Shown here in pieces: positions 20,297 to 42,010 of a stretch of 64,000 nt of DNA. The DNA is taken from assembly GCA_963920595.1 (NCBI GenBank), contig OY986946.1, positions 7,936,001 to 8,000,000 on the forward strand, given 5' to 3'. The notes below the pieces were generated by a model. That model ran no database searches, had not been told where the DNA came from, and saw only the letters and a list, made by a program, of their open reading frames with translations. A program made the translations under genes and the position numbers. The DNA comes from Eimeria praecox. Lineage: Eukaryota. Within the stretch, counting starts at the first letter, position 1; each line of letters begins with the position of its first letter.

Positions 20297-23200
20297 ATGA
20301 CTGTTCAGAGGAGTGGGTCCCTTCCGAGGACCCCAGACGAGGCCTCAGGTGATCGTGAGCTGGAGCCCAGAGCCTCAACTAGCACTTCCAGCTCTCCAAC
20401 AAACCAGGATTTTCCTCAGATGGATCCTGAGGATTTGCACAACATTAATGAGGAGAGCGAGAGGCGCGAAGCCTTCACAACCCCTAGTGAAACCGGACGA
20501 GCTGCCTTGCCATCGCATCCTCCTGCCGAAGAGCCCGACGCCTCCAGAATTGCTACTCAGCGAGGACCAGCAGCCATGATGGCACGAAGAGCAGCGCACT
20601 CTAATGCTTCTGGATCTGGGGATGTGCCCGCTGGGATTCCCACGCGGTGCTTCCTAGGGGACCCCAAACAACCGCAAGCTCGACAAGAGCAGAGAGAACA
20701 ACAGCGGCAACAGCAACAACAGCAGAAACAAAAGCAGAAAAAGCAGCAACAAGAGCTTCCTCTGCTTACTCAGACCATGCCTTTGGGAGAACGCTGCATA
20801 GAGGAGTTTTGGCCCTTAAGCCTCACGCGGCGGCCCTCTGCTGAGATGCTGCAGCACCTCAGAGTTGCAGCAGAGAGGCATGAGGATCCCATTGACGCAC
20901 ACAATCTAGCTGCCGTAAATGCCGCAACACCAGCTGAAGCAGCGGCAGCAACTCGGACTGTGCCAGCTGAACTAAGGGGAGCCAGAGAGGAAAGGGAGGC
21001 AGACGTCTCGGTGGCGACTTCACAAGAGGCCAACAGAAGCAGCACGAAGACAAGGGTCATCAACAATGGCCGCGACGGTGCGAATGACAGCAACAGCCAT
21101 TGCAGGAACGAGAGCAACAACCACAGCAGTCAGCTAGGAAAACTTCAGCAACAGCCTGTGCCTTGCGATATACCGTGTGCTGGGGGGGGGTTCTTCCAAC
21201 CCCGAGGGGACTGCACAGTCGGCTCTTCTGATGCCGTTGCCGTTGGAAGGCCTGCTGCGGCAGCATCGTCATCAACAGCTGGAGCAGCTGGGTCAGCTGC
21301 CCAACAAGAAGCGCGTGAAACAGATAACCTCACATCAACCCAAAAGAGCGGAGCACCGGATGACCTACTAGACGCCGGGTGTGAGTCGCGTCCGGTCCAA
21401 CGCAGGAGCAGCGGAAGCAACGACTGCTGCAGCAACGGCATTAGCGCTCGTAACGTGCAAAGGCTGCGCTGCGGGACTCCTTGTCTTGAGGAAGCTTCTT
21501 CAGAGCTCCTCAAGGATGCTGGAAGCACACACAACCAACGACCCAACTCTGCTACTTTCGATGCACTTGTTTCGTTTAACGGGGGCATTAGCTCCCATGG
21601 CAGCATTCATCCGCAAGAACAAGACGGTGTGCATGAAGAAGAACAACCGCAGCATCCGTTGCACACACAGCCGCAAAGACAAGCCGAAACGCTGTGCAAA
21701 GAGGGGGAAAGCCAGTCGCCCAAAGTACCGCAAGCGCAAAAGCAGCAGCAACCGCAAAAGCCTCGGGAGTTCGTTCGACGACTCGCCTATGGCTTGCTAA
21801 TGGGACACAGGGCTGGCGGAAAGGAACGACGCCCATGGCTCGGCCGGTGCAATAGCAGCGGAAGCAGAATAAGCCAAACACAACAAGAGCAGCAACAACA
21901 AAGTGAACAAGAGAAACGGCAGCGGCAACAGCAGAAGCAGCGGGAAGAGGGAACCGACTGGGAGGCTTGCTGTCTCCTGCAGCCAGCAGATGAGAAGAAT
22001 GATGGACTTACTTCTCACAGCCGCAGCAACAGCAGCAGTGGCACCCGTTGGGGGGGCAACAGGAGGGCACCCAGCAGGCTGCAACGAATGGCCTTCTCCT
22101 TTGGCTGCTTTGGAGAGGCATCACAGCGTAAGACAGAGGCTCACCGAGAAAGCTTTAACCCTGCAACCCCCGCTCAGCAGAGACCTTGGCGGAGACATCA
22201 GGAAACATATGCAGGTAAGAATAAATTTAAATGGTTAGCTTTTGAGGTCTAAAGTATATAGCGCTGCCGCATAAAAGATGGCCTTATCGAAATATGTGCC
22301 CTCTGCAACCTAGGATCTCCCTGATACGTCTCTGGGGACTCCCCACGTGTTGTTGCGGTCCCTCGGCATGAGTATTTGCTTAAGGCTTAGGCTTTGCGAG
22401 TTTTGTTTTCTCCTCGTTGCTACTTTCCTATGCAGATGATGGGTCGCTTTTTCCCCGAGGCCTTGCCAACCTTAAGAACACTTGCTTCCTCAATGCTGCT
22501 CTGCAGGCCTTAGCGGGCATCCCTTCCTTTGTAGCGTCGCTCCAAGCTGGCCTACCGCCAGAGCAGGGTGTTGGAGAAGCGCAGCGGCAGGGGACTTCCA
22601 AAGACTGCGATGCTCCCCATGACGGTAATAAAGGGGATGCGAGTGCTGCTGCTGCGGCGGCATGCAGTAGCACCACGGCATCCCCTGACAGCGAAGAGGC
22701 CAGGGGCCAGCAGTCCCAGCAACTCCAGCAAGTCCAGTCCCAATCAGAGCAGCAGGCTCAGCAGCAGAAGGACCTGGTGCAGGAGCAGCTCATACGGCGC
22801 CAGGAACTTTTGCGGCGGCTGCGCGTGCAGCAGGAGAGGAGGGAGAAACACCAGCCTGAGTGCCTCGGCTCCCTTGATGAGAAGCAGAGGAAACTCCTTC
22901 TTAGGGAATTCTTCACCTTGCTCTGCAGATTGACGTGCGCCGGGGGCTTAGGGTTTAACAATGCAAGAACCAGGGCTTTCTTTGTGTTCGGGGGGTTAAC
23001 AGCTTAGGGTTCGGCTTCTTCTGTGAGTGCGAGTTCAGTTGCTGCCCGAGCATTGGCCCGTATGGGAGCGGAGAGGAAACCTCTCCCGAGGATTTAACTG
23101 CTCAGAGACCAAGGGAATCAAATTCAGCTGCTACAAGCAAGCCAGACCAGCAGCAACAACAGCATCAGAGGAGACAACAGCGAACGCCTGTCCTGCAGTG

Positions 23201-25692
23201 CGACACCATTCGGCCTGAAAGGCTCAGGAAAGCCCTTGCCGCGCCACTTGCAGGCCTTCTTTTAAACGACTGCAGCATGCAGCAGCAACAGGATTGTCAC
23301 GAGTTTTTAAGGGGCCTCATTGACCTCATTCACGAAATACTTAAAACTAGCAGATGGGTGAGACGCTACAACTGTAGGTGTTGTAGGTGCTCCTGCTAGT
23401 TTCGCTGTTTGGTGCCATCACACGGTAGCAGTGGAAGCCGATGCCGGACTAATGGATACTCTTGCCAGTCATATCAAGGCGCAAGCGCCAACGGTGAAGC
23501 AAGTACACAGCACTTATCCTCTTTGGTATGCTGCAGGAGAGAGAGGAAGCAGCAGCAGCTGAACAGCTGCTGCAGCTGCAGGCCGTTTCGCCCGTGGCTG
23601 ATCTAGAGCCTTGGGTTCTTACTTCTTTCAACTCTCTCCGCATCCCGGTATCCGTTGATGATGACCAGCAAACTCAGAACCACAAGAAGCACATGCAGGC
23701 GCAGCTAGGTGAGCAGCAGGGGCAGCTGTTTTCCACCACATATCACTGCTTGCGTTTGCTGCCGATTCTGGTCCTCGAACACGCACACCTGTAGGGTTCC
23801 CAGACGTTGCTTGGTGATAGCTGGCCGGCTCAGAAGCCACGCCAGGCGGCACAGGGTCCTGGGCCATCCAGGGGTGCTCCGGGCCATCGGAAGTCTACAA
23901 GATAACTCCAGACGGTGGAACTGTTTGTGCTCAGCTGGCATTTCGACTGAAGACCACGAAAGCAGCGAGTTTGGCAAAGCAGCAGAAGGCGACGTGGGGG
24001 ATGTAGAACGTGCGGAAAAGAAGTGGAGGGAATATATAAAAGATCAAGCTTCCCCTATGGCGGATTTCTTCGCTGGACAGGTGAGGAATGCGTCTTTAAA
24101 GCTAATAGCTGAAGGGTACGGTTCTGGGGAAACCAACAGGTTTCTCATATAGAAAAGGCTTTTATGGGTCCTACGTTAGTGTTGACTAGCCTTTCACTGG
24201 ATTCCTTTTAAAGGGGTTGTGCTAAATGATGAGGGCTGCTTATCTGCCGTGTTTGCAGCTATGCAGCGAGATCCAATGTGCGGGATGCCGCCAGTCCTTG
24301 TTCATATATGAGCCCGCGTGGGATTTGTCCTTACCGTTACCCGTGGATGGCAACAAAGTATCTTTAAATAATTTATTAGAAGGTTTCTTCGGCTCGGAGG
24401 AGCTGGAATTCAGCTGCAGCAGCTGCCACAGCCCTGCTTGCAAGGCCCATAGGACAATCAGATACACACACCCGCCTAAAGTGCTGTTGCTGCAAATAAA
24501 GCGGTTTTCTGCCTCTGGACAAAAACGGCGAACTCGCGTTGAGTATCCCCTTGAGGAACTTGTCATTAAAACGAATAGGTATGAAGCACAAACCCCGAAA
24601 GTTAACAGTAATCCTCCCTCATGGGTACCACCCGAATCTCCAGCTGGGTTCAGCACATCCTGGGCGCAAAATTACCTCTAACTAAGCCTTTCTCAGCTTC
24701 TCAGTGAAGTTTCGTTCTTTTTACTGTTTAGTTACGCGGCTTTTGTAGCGTTCAGAACCCTCCAATGTCGAGGTTAGGATTGCCTGTTCGTTTGTCATGC
24801 AGCGAGTCTGCCACGTTCCGTTTGATTGCGGTGATAGAGCACAATGGAAACAGTTGCCAGTCTGGCCACTATGTGGCATACGTGCGACGAAGGAGATTTG
24901 TGATTCCTGTAGCACTCCCCTCCTCGAATGCAGGGACAGCTCAAGGACGGCCTGAGACCCCCAGAAGCTCTGCATGTTCTCCATCTGAATTCCTCAAGCG
25001 TATCGGCATTTTAAAGGGCTTTACGAGCTCTTCATCCCACTCTCTGCGGCATCCGAATGGCCCTTCAACGGCACCTTTTTCGGGCCCATCTCCCAAGGAG
25101 CCGCCGCACGAATCATCGTTCAAGCCACCTAGACCAGCGATGTCATTTGAAGGGCTGGCCGACGATGGCACAGAGGTAGGGGCAGCTTCTTGCCGAGCAG
25201 ATAAGTGCAACCATTAGAAAAGCGCTGCACTTACATTGTAGGGCGAGATGCGGATAGCGATCTTCCTGTCGCCTTTCCGTCCTGTAAAAAATCCACTGCC
25301 GTTATCATTTTAACATCCTATGCTCATTCAAGGGGCGTATGCATACCGAGCTTCCGATTGAGGTGGCTTGAGTGTTCATGCACATGCCTCACTGTGTACG
25401 ATGAAATTCACGGAAGCATTGCTCGCATTCCCTTCTTCGAATGATTCTAGGCGGCCAGCCAAAATCCAAGAAGGCCTGCACTTGCTCTTGTTTTTGTCTT
25501 TTGCTGCAGTGGTTTCGCTTCGACGATGGTTTGGTGCTGCCCGTTTCAGAGGCACAAGTTTTTTCTGCAGAGGCATACTGCCTTTTTTACAGCAGAACAA
25601 GCAATACAGAGAAACAATGCAGTTCAGGATCCAAGCAGGAGACCTCAGCCAGCGCTGGAGCAGCACGGTCCAGAAAACTGGGGTTTCATTAG
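20297..25692 (+). CDS. Ubiquitin-specific protease (peptidase C19/USP), multi-exon, long low-complexity N-terminus
   Basis: Cys box GLANLKNTCFLNAALQAL (~22460), QQQDCHEFL (~23285), two CxxC zinc-ribbon pairs, LSLPLP, PKVLLLQIKRFS, His box IAVIEHNGNSCQSGHYVAYVR (~24830), WFRFDD and AEAYCLFYSR. First intron 22215-22434. The start codon is uncertain. Confidence 0.92.
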
Positions 25693-27216
25693 AGCGCCCA
25701 GTGGCTGTTTAGGGTTTAGGGTTCTTGAGAACTCCTCCACGTTTGTAAAGAGAGAAATGCTGCAAATTGAGGAACAGTTCTTCCGTTGAGCCGTTTGGAA
25801 CAAGCCAAGGCTCCCTTTGGTGTGGGCCAGCCTCTTGGCAGGTCTTTCTCATCCCTTGCGTTGAACTGTTCGCGCTTATATGCAAGGGTGTGTAACAGAT
25901 TGAATGCACAGCCGACTTTCCCATGGCGTTGCGTCGGAGCCTGAGTGCAAAAGGTTGGCACTCCGTGCAGCGACGTCATTCTTTGCTTCAACCTCATACC
26001 ACATGTGCATAGTTTATGCACATTTTTGCACAGGCAGTCATGTACTTCATTCATAGTGCAATCTCCACTGGTGTGTTTCCATGTACACGGGCCAGCTCCA
26101 GGCACCCTCTCGATGGCGTCCTCTCGTGCTGTAGCCTAGTCTAAATTAGATTTTCTCCGTGTATGTCTCGTCTTACTTCTGCGGTTTCCACAGTCTAGCT
26201 CGCTTTGATTCAGTAGACAGCACGCCGCCTATCGGCGTTGTCCACCATTGAAGCCGTTAGGTAGTAAATTTGTCGTTTGTCGTTTTTTTGGATCATTCCC
26301 GTTGCTTAGAAGGGGTTGCGTGTATTCATTCCTCACAGTGCCGCTTCATAGATAAAGACACGCTAACTGGAAGACCTATTTGCATGGCAGGGGTAGCTAC
26401 GGCGACGGTGCCATTTGCTCTCTGAGAGGAAACATTCACCACGGAGATGGCGGCGAGACCTGGCCGGATGGGGCTAATATGCGAACGAGCACAGTAAGCA
26501 GCAGGGTCACACTCGACATTCTTGTCCGATTACACACTACAAGCGTGCATACCTATGCGAGGGCTCCCCAGCTTCTTAAGTGTGCATCGAGTGGAACTGC
26601 TCTGCAGCTTCTTAGTAGATCCATCCATCGTGGATGCGTCCCTCAAATCTACGTAACTCTAAATATTTGAAATAGGAATTTGTTGTATATGTGGATGACT
26701 TCGGTAAACCTAGGAATGCTTCCTAACCGGGCAACGTGCATGCAAGGTTTGGCATAGTCCGGCCCCACAGTCTTCCTTGCATGGAGCAGAATAGCGAAGG
26801 AGCCGTTAGAAAGGATTGGTATATTATTATTTGAATATGCCTTCAATTCAATGGGCTTTCTATCGCTGAAGCGAATAAGGAGGGAAATCAGGCTGACGCC
26901 GCAGTGGACCGGCAATCGTAAGTGATGCTGCCGTCCTTGCAGTGACCTGAATGCTGATGAGCTACGGTGTTAACCCTTGATCTCGTAAACCGCTACTTAA
27001 TAATTCATGCGAAAGTCTGCCAGGAAGCAGTTCCTGCAGATGATGATTGATCCTCGCCGTCGCCCCCCCAGCCAGATGCCACACTGTTGTTCCTAGACGG
27101 AGTGCATAGAGTCCAGGAAGACAGATGAAATCACAGATAATTCGTTAACGAGTGCGATATCCACGGCGCTTGCTGCCAGTTCCCGTGCTCTTAAGAAAGT
27201 AACACCACTTGAAACG

Positions 27217-31846
<4,630 letters not shown>

Positions 31847-32517
31847 TATATGGCATAGGCAGCAACGAAGCCCGTGTTTCGCATTGGGGCTGCTTGTCTT
31901 ACACCGGTGCTGCCGGTGCGTTGAGCGTACAAAGTGTTCTACAGGTGTGCCTTAGAGCTCAGGCTTGGGTGGTCGGCCTGGGGCTTGCAGGAACCACCAC
32001 ACCGTAAGAAGCATTGTCTGAGAGAAACGATAGTTCTCTACGCGTTTTGAGCCCGCCGAGTACTTTGTCATTAGCCCTGTGCTGGACCATTTCTCAGCTA
32101 TGGCTGGGTGAACAGCGTTGTCTAGTTGGGTTTCTCCATGCCCCCTTGGCGGAACTGCTGGCAGTCAGAGGGGCCTGAAGACTGCCCTGCAGCATGCGTT
32201 TCTGCCACAGCTAATGCGTTTCATATTCCCACACCTTTTCAGCGGCATAGATGCAACCTGTTTAACGCAGCATCCTTGCAATAGGAACAATGTACAGAAA
32301 GGATAGTCATGCTTGGAGCCATGACCAAGCTCTCTTGGAACTCGGTTCGACAAAATGCATATCAAACCAAGCGAGCGTGGAATATGAACAGCCCTCTCAT
32401 CTATGCTGCCATTGCCACCATGTAGCTACTAAACGTGCTGAGAGGCAAGGCTCTGCCAGCACCAAGGAGGAAATAGCGAAGCGATCACCTCTGTCCGCAA
32501 GGGAAACTGAACCCGGT

Positions 32518-35171
<2,654 letters not shown>

Positions 35172-37229
35172 TGCAACTGCAGCCGGAATGTCCAGAAGTG
35201 CACCACGGAAGCCAAGGAAACAAATATTATTGGCCCAAAAGAAACTGTTAAAAACAGGCACAGCGGTAAGCGAGACAAAAGAATGGCCTCGGTGTTCGAG
35301 AGCTTTGCCGTAACAGGAGTGTTTCAAAGAGAGGGGCACCAGCCCACAGACCCCACTGGAGGGCAACGAACTAGCAAGCGAACGAATAGCCCGATAAACA
35401 AAAGCAAACATCTAGAGCTTCCTTAAAACTGGCAAGTATTAGGGAGAGTCCTTAATCAGGATAATCATCTCAAGGCCTTCAGGTCAATGCGTCGAGCAGA
35501 AGCCATGTATGTAGTGAGTAAGCCCAGCTTGCCTCCCATGTGTGTCTCCCTAACTAATTAAGAAGGCGATAGACCATCTTATGGGCACTAAAGTAGTCAA
35601 AAAAAATAAAAATAAAATATCTTTGAATGAGAGTCTTCCTTTTATCGGGGAAACTAACTCTGATCGGTTTCTTCGACTTGCGGATGACCGGGCTCCGCCC
35701 GTGCCACTGCCAGTCCGGGCCTACTTTGTAAGTGGGTCTTTCCAGACAATTTTATTATTTATTTATTTCTTTATGCACTATGATTACTGTTGTTCTATAT
35801 TATACTACCACCTTTGGTTTTTTGCTGCAAAACAATAGTGCTGCGCAAGCTACAATCTCCCACTCCCCCACATATTTTCGCTGTTTGCTTTGGCGGTGTG
35901 TGCCCCTTCCTTCGACGTAAGACTTCCTGTCCTCCCGGGTTAAACCCTCTCCTTTACTCGTGTGGCCTGCCAGTCCGGCATTCTACTGTAGTGGTTCCAG
36001 GATACTTGTTCAATGCCTGTGATCAGTATTCTGTGTCTCTTCCCTTTGCCCTCAGCTTTTAGGTTTATTTGTATAAGTCTGCATGAGAATTCAGAGTGTC
36101 TACGCTGCATCTTACGTCATCTACCTTAAGCCTCACACTATCCGGTTTGTTCCTACCCGTTCACTAGCATCCTTCTACTGCTCCTCTTGCAGGATGCTCG
36201 CCCACGATTTTCGTGGCTCTTTTCTCTAGCTGGTGCTAGTGGCTTTCCTCCGATTGCTGTCTGGTTGCTTGGTGAGTCCCAGCCTTGCTGGTTCTATGCT
36301 TCTGTGGAACATGTATTTTTGCTATGGGTTCTTCCTAACGAGGTTGGCTGCCTACGTTCTCCCTTGTACGAGTGTATTGTGCTTATGCTAGAAGTTCTAC
36401 GGGTGTGCTCGCTTACATGCCCCTTAGTATTCAATCGTCTCCTATTGCTGCCACACCGGATCTCCCTGTTCCCAATCTTGGTAGGGACACTTAAGCTTCC
36501 CCTCCAAGTTACCGTTATCGGAGCAGTCTTCCTATTTCACTCACCTTATGCTAACTCCCTTTGGTACATGCGTCTACGTTTCTTGTGTTAGTTGACACTA
36601 ATGTGGTCACTTTCCTTATCCGATTTTCAATGCAAGACTACTCCTTTTTGCGCATTGCACCCCACTTGATTTCTTGTACAACTGTCATTCTGATTGTGAG
36701 TGTGTGCGAGAGTGTGTGCATGCGTGTGCGTGTTTGAAATCCTTTCCTTTGGGCGTTGGCTATACGCGTGCAACCTACGGGCGGCATGCGTGAGTGTGTG
36801 GGTGGCCTGAGCAAGTACATAGCAAGGCTACAGGGCCGCACGCCCCAGCAGTATGCGTATAGAGTGAGCATGCCGGCGATCACATTCTCGCCCTTCCGTG
36901 CGTTTTACCAGTTTTGCGCTAGAGAATGTGGCGCTGGTGTTTACCCGTTATGCTATGTCGCCCATTGGGTGTTTCCATTTGTGTTTTTCCCCTTTTTTGT
37001 GCGTTTTCGTTATCACCTCTGTCTTTCACCGGTGCGTCGCGAAGGGGCGGCCGCCAACGAGAGGGGGAACCGGGCTGAAAAGCCATTTGAAGGGGTGTGG
37101 CAATATGAACTATCGGGGTATGGGTAAGGGTAGATGCGAACAGGTACTGCGAATGATACGGGGCAAATACATAGCGATAGTTGAGTTTCCAACACAAGAC
37201 CCTAGAAGGAAGCTGAGCCACGCATAGAT

Positions 37230-40200
37230 GAGGTTAGAGCTGCTACCTTGGGGCGCCGGCGCAGACGTCGCCTCCACGCGCGGAGGATGGCTGGACAACC
37301 GATTAAGGGCTGCGCTGGCTCCCACGGAATCCGATTTTCGGGGGCGCCTTGACACTTCATAAGGTACGGGAGACCATCACCTGAGCCCGCTGCTGTATGA
37401 TGCGGTCAGTATCACATTGGTTTGTGGGTTTGCCGGCATCATCGAGCAATCAGGCTAGAGCAGCTTCCTTGGATTGCACATTGGGATCGTGGGGATGGCG
37501 ATGCGGCACGAGTTGGTACGTCAGCGGCGATTCAACGCAGTAAACGACTGTGCCAGTACGCTCGGTGACAGAGAATGAGCGGTACCAGAGCTCAAATTTC
37601 GAACAAATACTAAGGGAGAGTAAGTATCTAATGCTGAGGCAGGCCTGATCTCCTACCGAACAGCCCACTGTACGCCCTTCACTGTCCGCATAGGCCTTTT
37701 GCTGCCACTTCGTTTGCCGGATGTGACTCTGGGAACGGTCGCACACAGGTGGTGGAACAAATTGGTTGTGAGGGGGAGTGAGTGCGGGTGCCAAGGTCCC
37801 ACCGGCGATTTAAAGGTCAACGCCAGTAAAGGGTTCTATCCAATCACATCTCTGAAGGAAGAAAGTTTCGTGGATGAGGGGCAAGTCATGTTGTAGGCCA
37901 AGGCCAAAGCAACGAGGGGATGCTCCCAGTCATGCTCATCGTATTGTATGCATGTGCGGAGTGTCTGTTCCAGGGCCTGTATGGTACGTTCCTTGCGCCC
38001 ATCATTCTCGGGGTAGTAGGCATATGGCATAGCCAGCGTAATGCTGAAACGTATGCAGAGCTGCTGCCACACGTCGGATTGAAAGCGACGATCACTTTTC
38101 CAGATGAAGACATGAGGAAGGCCATGGTAACAGACGAGATAATCGACAAGAAGTTCCACAGTATCGGAATCGGCTAGCCTCTTCTTGGTGCGGATAAAAT
38201 GTGCCATTCTTCTCAGGGAGTCAACAAGGAATAAATCAGCGTCGTAAATAGAGGTGGCGAGAACCAAATCCTTAATGAAGTCCAACCTAGCTTAACTCCA
38301 GCGCCAACAAAGAATAATCAGCGACTGCAACAGTCCGGAAGGTTTGTGAGTGGGGGATTTAGATGCGCCGCAGTGAATGCAAGACTCTACGCATGCTGTG
38401 GTGTATGCCCACATGCTAGGTCGGTAATAATGCCTGATTTTCCCTGCCCTGAATATCCTGCAGTGACGTGGTCATGGAAAAAGTATACTGTATGCGTGAG
38501 GAGAGCGGGAAATTGAGGGACTCAGGTCCTGTACATGCCGTGGAGAGAAATGTGAAGGTATGGTGAGCTAGATAGTGTCACCATGTTGCGGTGCAGTTAC
38601 AAGGTAAGTCTCAAGGAAAAAGCGGCAATTTGGCATAGGCGGAAGTGCTTGCTTGGAGAGGAAAGGACCAGCTGGCATCGGGGGTAGTGGGTAACGTAGG
38701 AAAGAGAACAGGTGGGAAGGCGTGTGTGGGGAATCTGGATCGGAGGTCGGTGTGCGGCAGCATACGATAAGCGGAAGTTAGTGTTGGGAGGGCCGGTGGG
38801 GGCTGGGGGATACGTGGGGCTGAAGAAAGGCCACCGAAAGCTCTTCCAACGGCTACCTGATACCGCCCTGTAGCCTGCCTGATGCCTTTGGGTGTGCGTG
38901 TTGGGGCTAAATAATTAACTAGGTGTGAGGGATTCTTGGAGGTTGACTGGCTGTATGGGCCGCTCTCTGTGGTGGCGAGGCACGACATAAGCCAGGCGGT
39001 TGGGTGCGCCCTGCAGACACGCCATGGAAAGGTGGTCAAACTCTGCCACGCAGTCGAACCAACACGCAGTATGTCCAATAAGGATTTTGGACGTCTTGAG
39101 CCTTGAGCTCAAGGCTTCCAAAGTCCTTGCGAATGGGTAAGAGCTTGATGGTCTGTGTCTGCCGCGCCCTTCACAGGATGTAATAAATGTGACCGCTTAT
39201 CTAGGGCTGTCAATTAGCCGAGTAACTCTTGTTTGTGGATCAAACATTTCCGCTGCGCGGGACCCACGACCTGCCTGAGGAAACCGATGGGCTTGCATGC
39301 TTGTTCGAGAACAGCACAGATCGCATAGCCAGAAGCGTCGGCGTAATGGTCAGTGGACCTGGAGGGTGGTATAGTGAGTGAGATAGTGCTTCAGTTTTGG
39401 GACGGCTTCCGTATGGACCACGGTCCAGTGCCCAGTGTAACGGATCAAGGTTTTGCGTAAGGCCTACGAGAGGCCAAGAGACTGTCCGTGTAATCAGGAT
39501 CTATAGGCGTGCGGCAGTCGTTGACAGTATCGAGAAACTGGCGTGCGTGTGTCTACTCACCACCATCGGCCACCAGCCGATGGCCACGAGTTTGTCTGCG
39601 GCAGCTTGAATTCCCTCAGTGCTGAGAGTGAGATCGACGTAGGTCGCCTCCTGTTTGGCGAGCATGAGTGTGTGGAAGTGGCGGTAGAGCTGGCGCTGAA
39701 GAAGATGCTGAAAGCGTACGACCTTACCACTATAGACCAACACCACATCAAGATAGCCAGTAGCACCCTCGCCTGGTATGGGTTGACGGTACATGCTTTT
39801 ACCAGCGTGGAATGTGTCCGGTGCACCCTTTAAACCGAAAGGAATAACCATGTACTGAAATACGCTCAAGCCCAACGGCGAAGCGAAAGGATACTCAAAA
39901 AAATATGATGAAACTTTGCCTGGAGATGTAGCGTAGAGAAGAAACGAGCACTTCCCCGCCCCCCCCCCCCCTTACCATCGCTAAAGTTGTTTGAATAAGG
40001 GGTAGAGGGAAATCAGGGCTAATCGTGAAAGCGTTTAAGGCTTACTAGTTTACCACCATATTTGCCTTCCGCTCGTCAGAGCTGCCAGATGCCATCGGGA
40101 TTCTTAACCATGATGGTCGAATCACAGATACAGGAGTGGGTCAGCTGGATCCACCCGTTAGTGGCCAATTTAGCTATTTTATGTTTGTAGCAAATTATGT

Positions 40201-41400
40201 GATAGGGCGCCATACGATGAAGAGCTGTCCTGTTGGGAAACTCTTCTGACAGTAATAGGATCTGGTGATGGTGCGCGCGCTTACTTGGTATCTCTGCCGC
40301 TAGACTAACTGGGAATGCTGGTGGACGCTACTTTGGGACTGTGAATACTTCTGCTATTATCGGATGCTTCTCGGAGTGCTTTTCCTCGCCGAACTGCGCA
40401 TAGTTAAAACGAGCTGAAGGTCGCAGGTCACTTTGCGCCACCGTTCCAGGAGTGTATGCTGGCGCTGAGTAGTAGGGACCTGACGAAAATGTTCAGCCAG
40501 CGCGTATAGTAGTGGGCCGTCTCTTTCCCCGCAAAGTTGGATAGTTGCTGGAACGCCTGTACTGAGTAGAACCAGTATAAAGTTGAGGCTATCTAGCGCA
40601 GCACTGAGGCGTGCCGTTTTGTTCTGTGCCTGATACAATAGCTCCTTGATGGGCATTTTGGCCACGGCCCAGGTGTGGCCCTTGTAACGCTTGGCTGTTG
40701 GGATGAGGAACTTAATGGCCTCCGTTAGAGTTGTTTTAGCTTCCTGTTGAGCGATATTGTCATGTGCCTTCTGTAACAGGGTTCACCCTTCGCCTATCGG
40801 GATGTGTTTGCTTTCTCATTTTACTTGGTCGTTTCCTTATTGGCATATCGCACCACCAATGCCCCCGCAGGTTCTTAGTTTGTCAGGATGGAAGTATCAT
40901 GCTATCTTACGGCCAGTCATCCAAACTATCCTCAGAATGATCCCGAAAGGCACGGGGGCTACTGGAAAGTCTCCAGAAAAACACTGACTCCCACATGACA
41001 TAGAAAGTCCCTTCACAAAACAATCAACATGCTGCCGTCCGGTGGCAGCTGTGGACCTAGAGGCCTTGTGCAAATAACTTGCATGCAGACCTAGCTTCTC
41101 TGCTCTAGCCCCTCACCCATTAGTTCACGCATCGCGAAGTCAAGCATTGCTGAGATGCCTACACAGCAGGGAGTCCCTTTCCCGTTGACAGCCAATTTTG
41201 CAGGTAGTAGCTTTCCCACTAAGGCAGCGTAGATTCCTCTTCTGGCATCGCTCGGGCAACATGCATCCATACCCTACTCTTGGCATCTCTAGTCCTCAAG
41301 CCAGACACAAGTGCACTGGTTCCCTGATCTTCTAGTAAACGCGCATATTTAAAACAACTTTCTGGCTTGTCCTTATCCTCTGGAGTGTGGACTGCATTTA
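37230..41400 (-). mobile_element. Degenerate chromovirus (Ty3/gypsy) retrotransposon: RT, RNase H, integrase, chromodomain
   Basis: RT FQYMVIPFGLKGAPDTF..YLDVVLVYS (39700-39875). RNase H YADASGYAICAVLEQ (~39300-39345). Integrase DFIKDL..LVDSLRRMAHF..YHGLP..SDRRFQSDVW..YYPENDGRKERTIQALEQTLR (37836-38285). Chromodomain YLMKCQGAP..WEPAQPLIGCPAILRAW (37250-37370). Multiple stops and frameshifts. Confidence 0.92.
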
Positions 41401-41499
41401 TCGTCTGCTACAGAAGCACCTACCTTTCGTGTGGGGAGACCTCCTCAGCATTCGGCCCGGTTGCTAATGAACGTAGTATCCCCTTGCTATAGCGTATTT

Positions 41500-42010
41500 A
41501 GGATATACGTCTCCCATAACTTTTATATGCATCTGGCGCTTTCCTCCTTCTTGGATCCTACCGTTGCCTCCATCTCTTTCACAAGACCCTTGCCTCAGCT
41601 TAAGCGGTGTAGCGCCATCTGTAGCACAACCATCTCCGCCACCACACCGCTTGTACGTATCCCCGTTCCGGCGTATCTTGTCCTTACGCGAGGGTCAATC
41701 GTTTGCCAAGTGCTTCTTGCGCTTGCACCATAACACACTTGACCTGCTCCTTACACTGCAAAAAGGAAAGAGAGGACAAGAATCCGGTGAGTCAGGAGGA
41801 GCTCTACGCCGTCTTGTGGTGTCGGGAAAAGTGTCAACAGTACGTATATGGCGTGCGGTCCGTTGTCCAAACCCATCACCAACCCCTAACACACCGGACG
41901 AAAAGTTTTCAGTGGCTTTTCCAACACACTCATCATGACTTAGCAACCAGAATATCAAGCGTTGCACGCAAGTGGCCGCAGATGCATTCTCGCGATGCCC
42001 TACCAGCCAC
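41500..42010 (+). mobile_element. Ty3/gypsy RNase H fragment, opposite orientation to the adjacent element
   Basis: QEELYAVLWCREKCQQYVYGVRSVVQTHHQPLTH (E.ELYA..WA..KW..YL.G....V.TDH.PL) followed by VAADAFSR (VADALSR). Confidence 0.8.

Noticed and set aside
35900..36600. Possible further gag/protease relic on the minus strand (VRLKVDDVRCSVDTL)
   Set aside because: Only one weak motif and no colinear support.
36600..37200. 3' LTR of the 37230-41400 chromovirus
   Set aside because: The position fits, but no matching second copy, PPT or TG..CA ends could be identified by eye.
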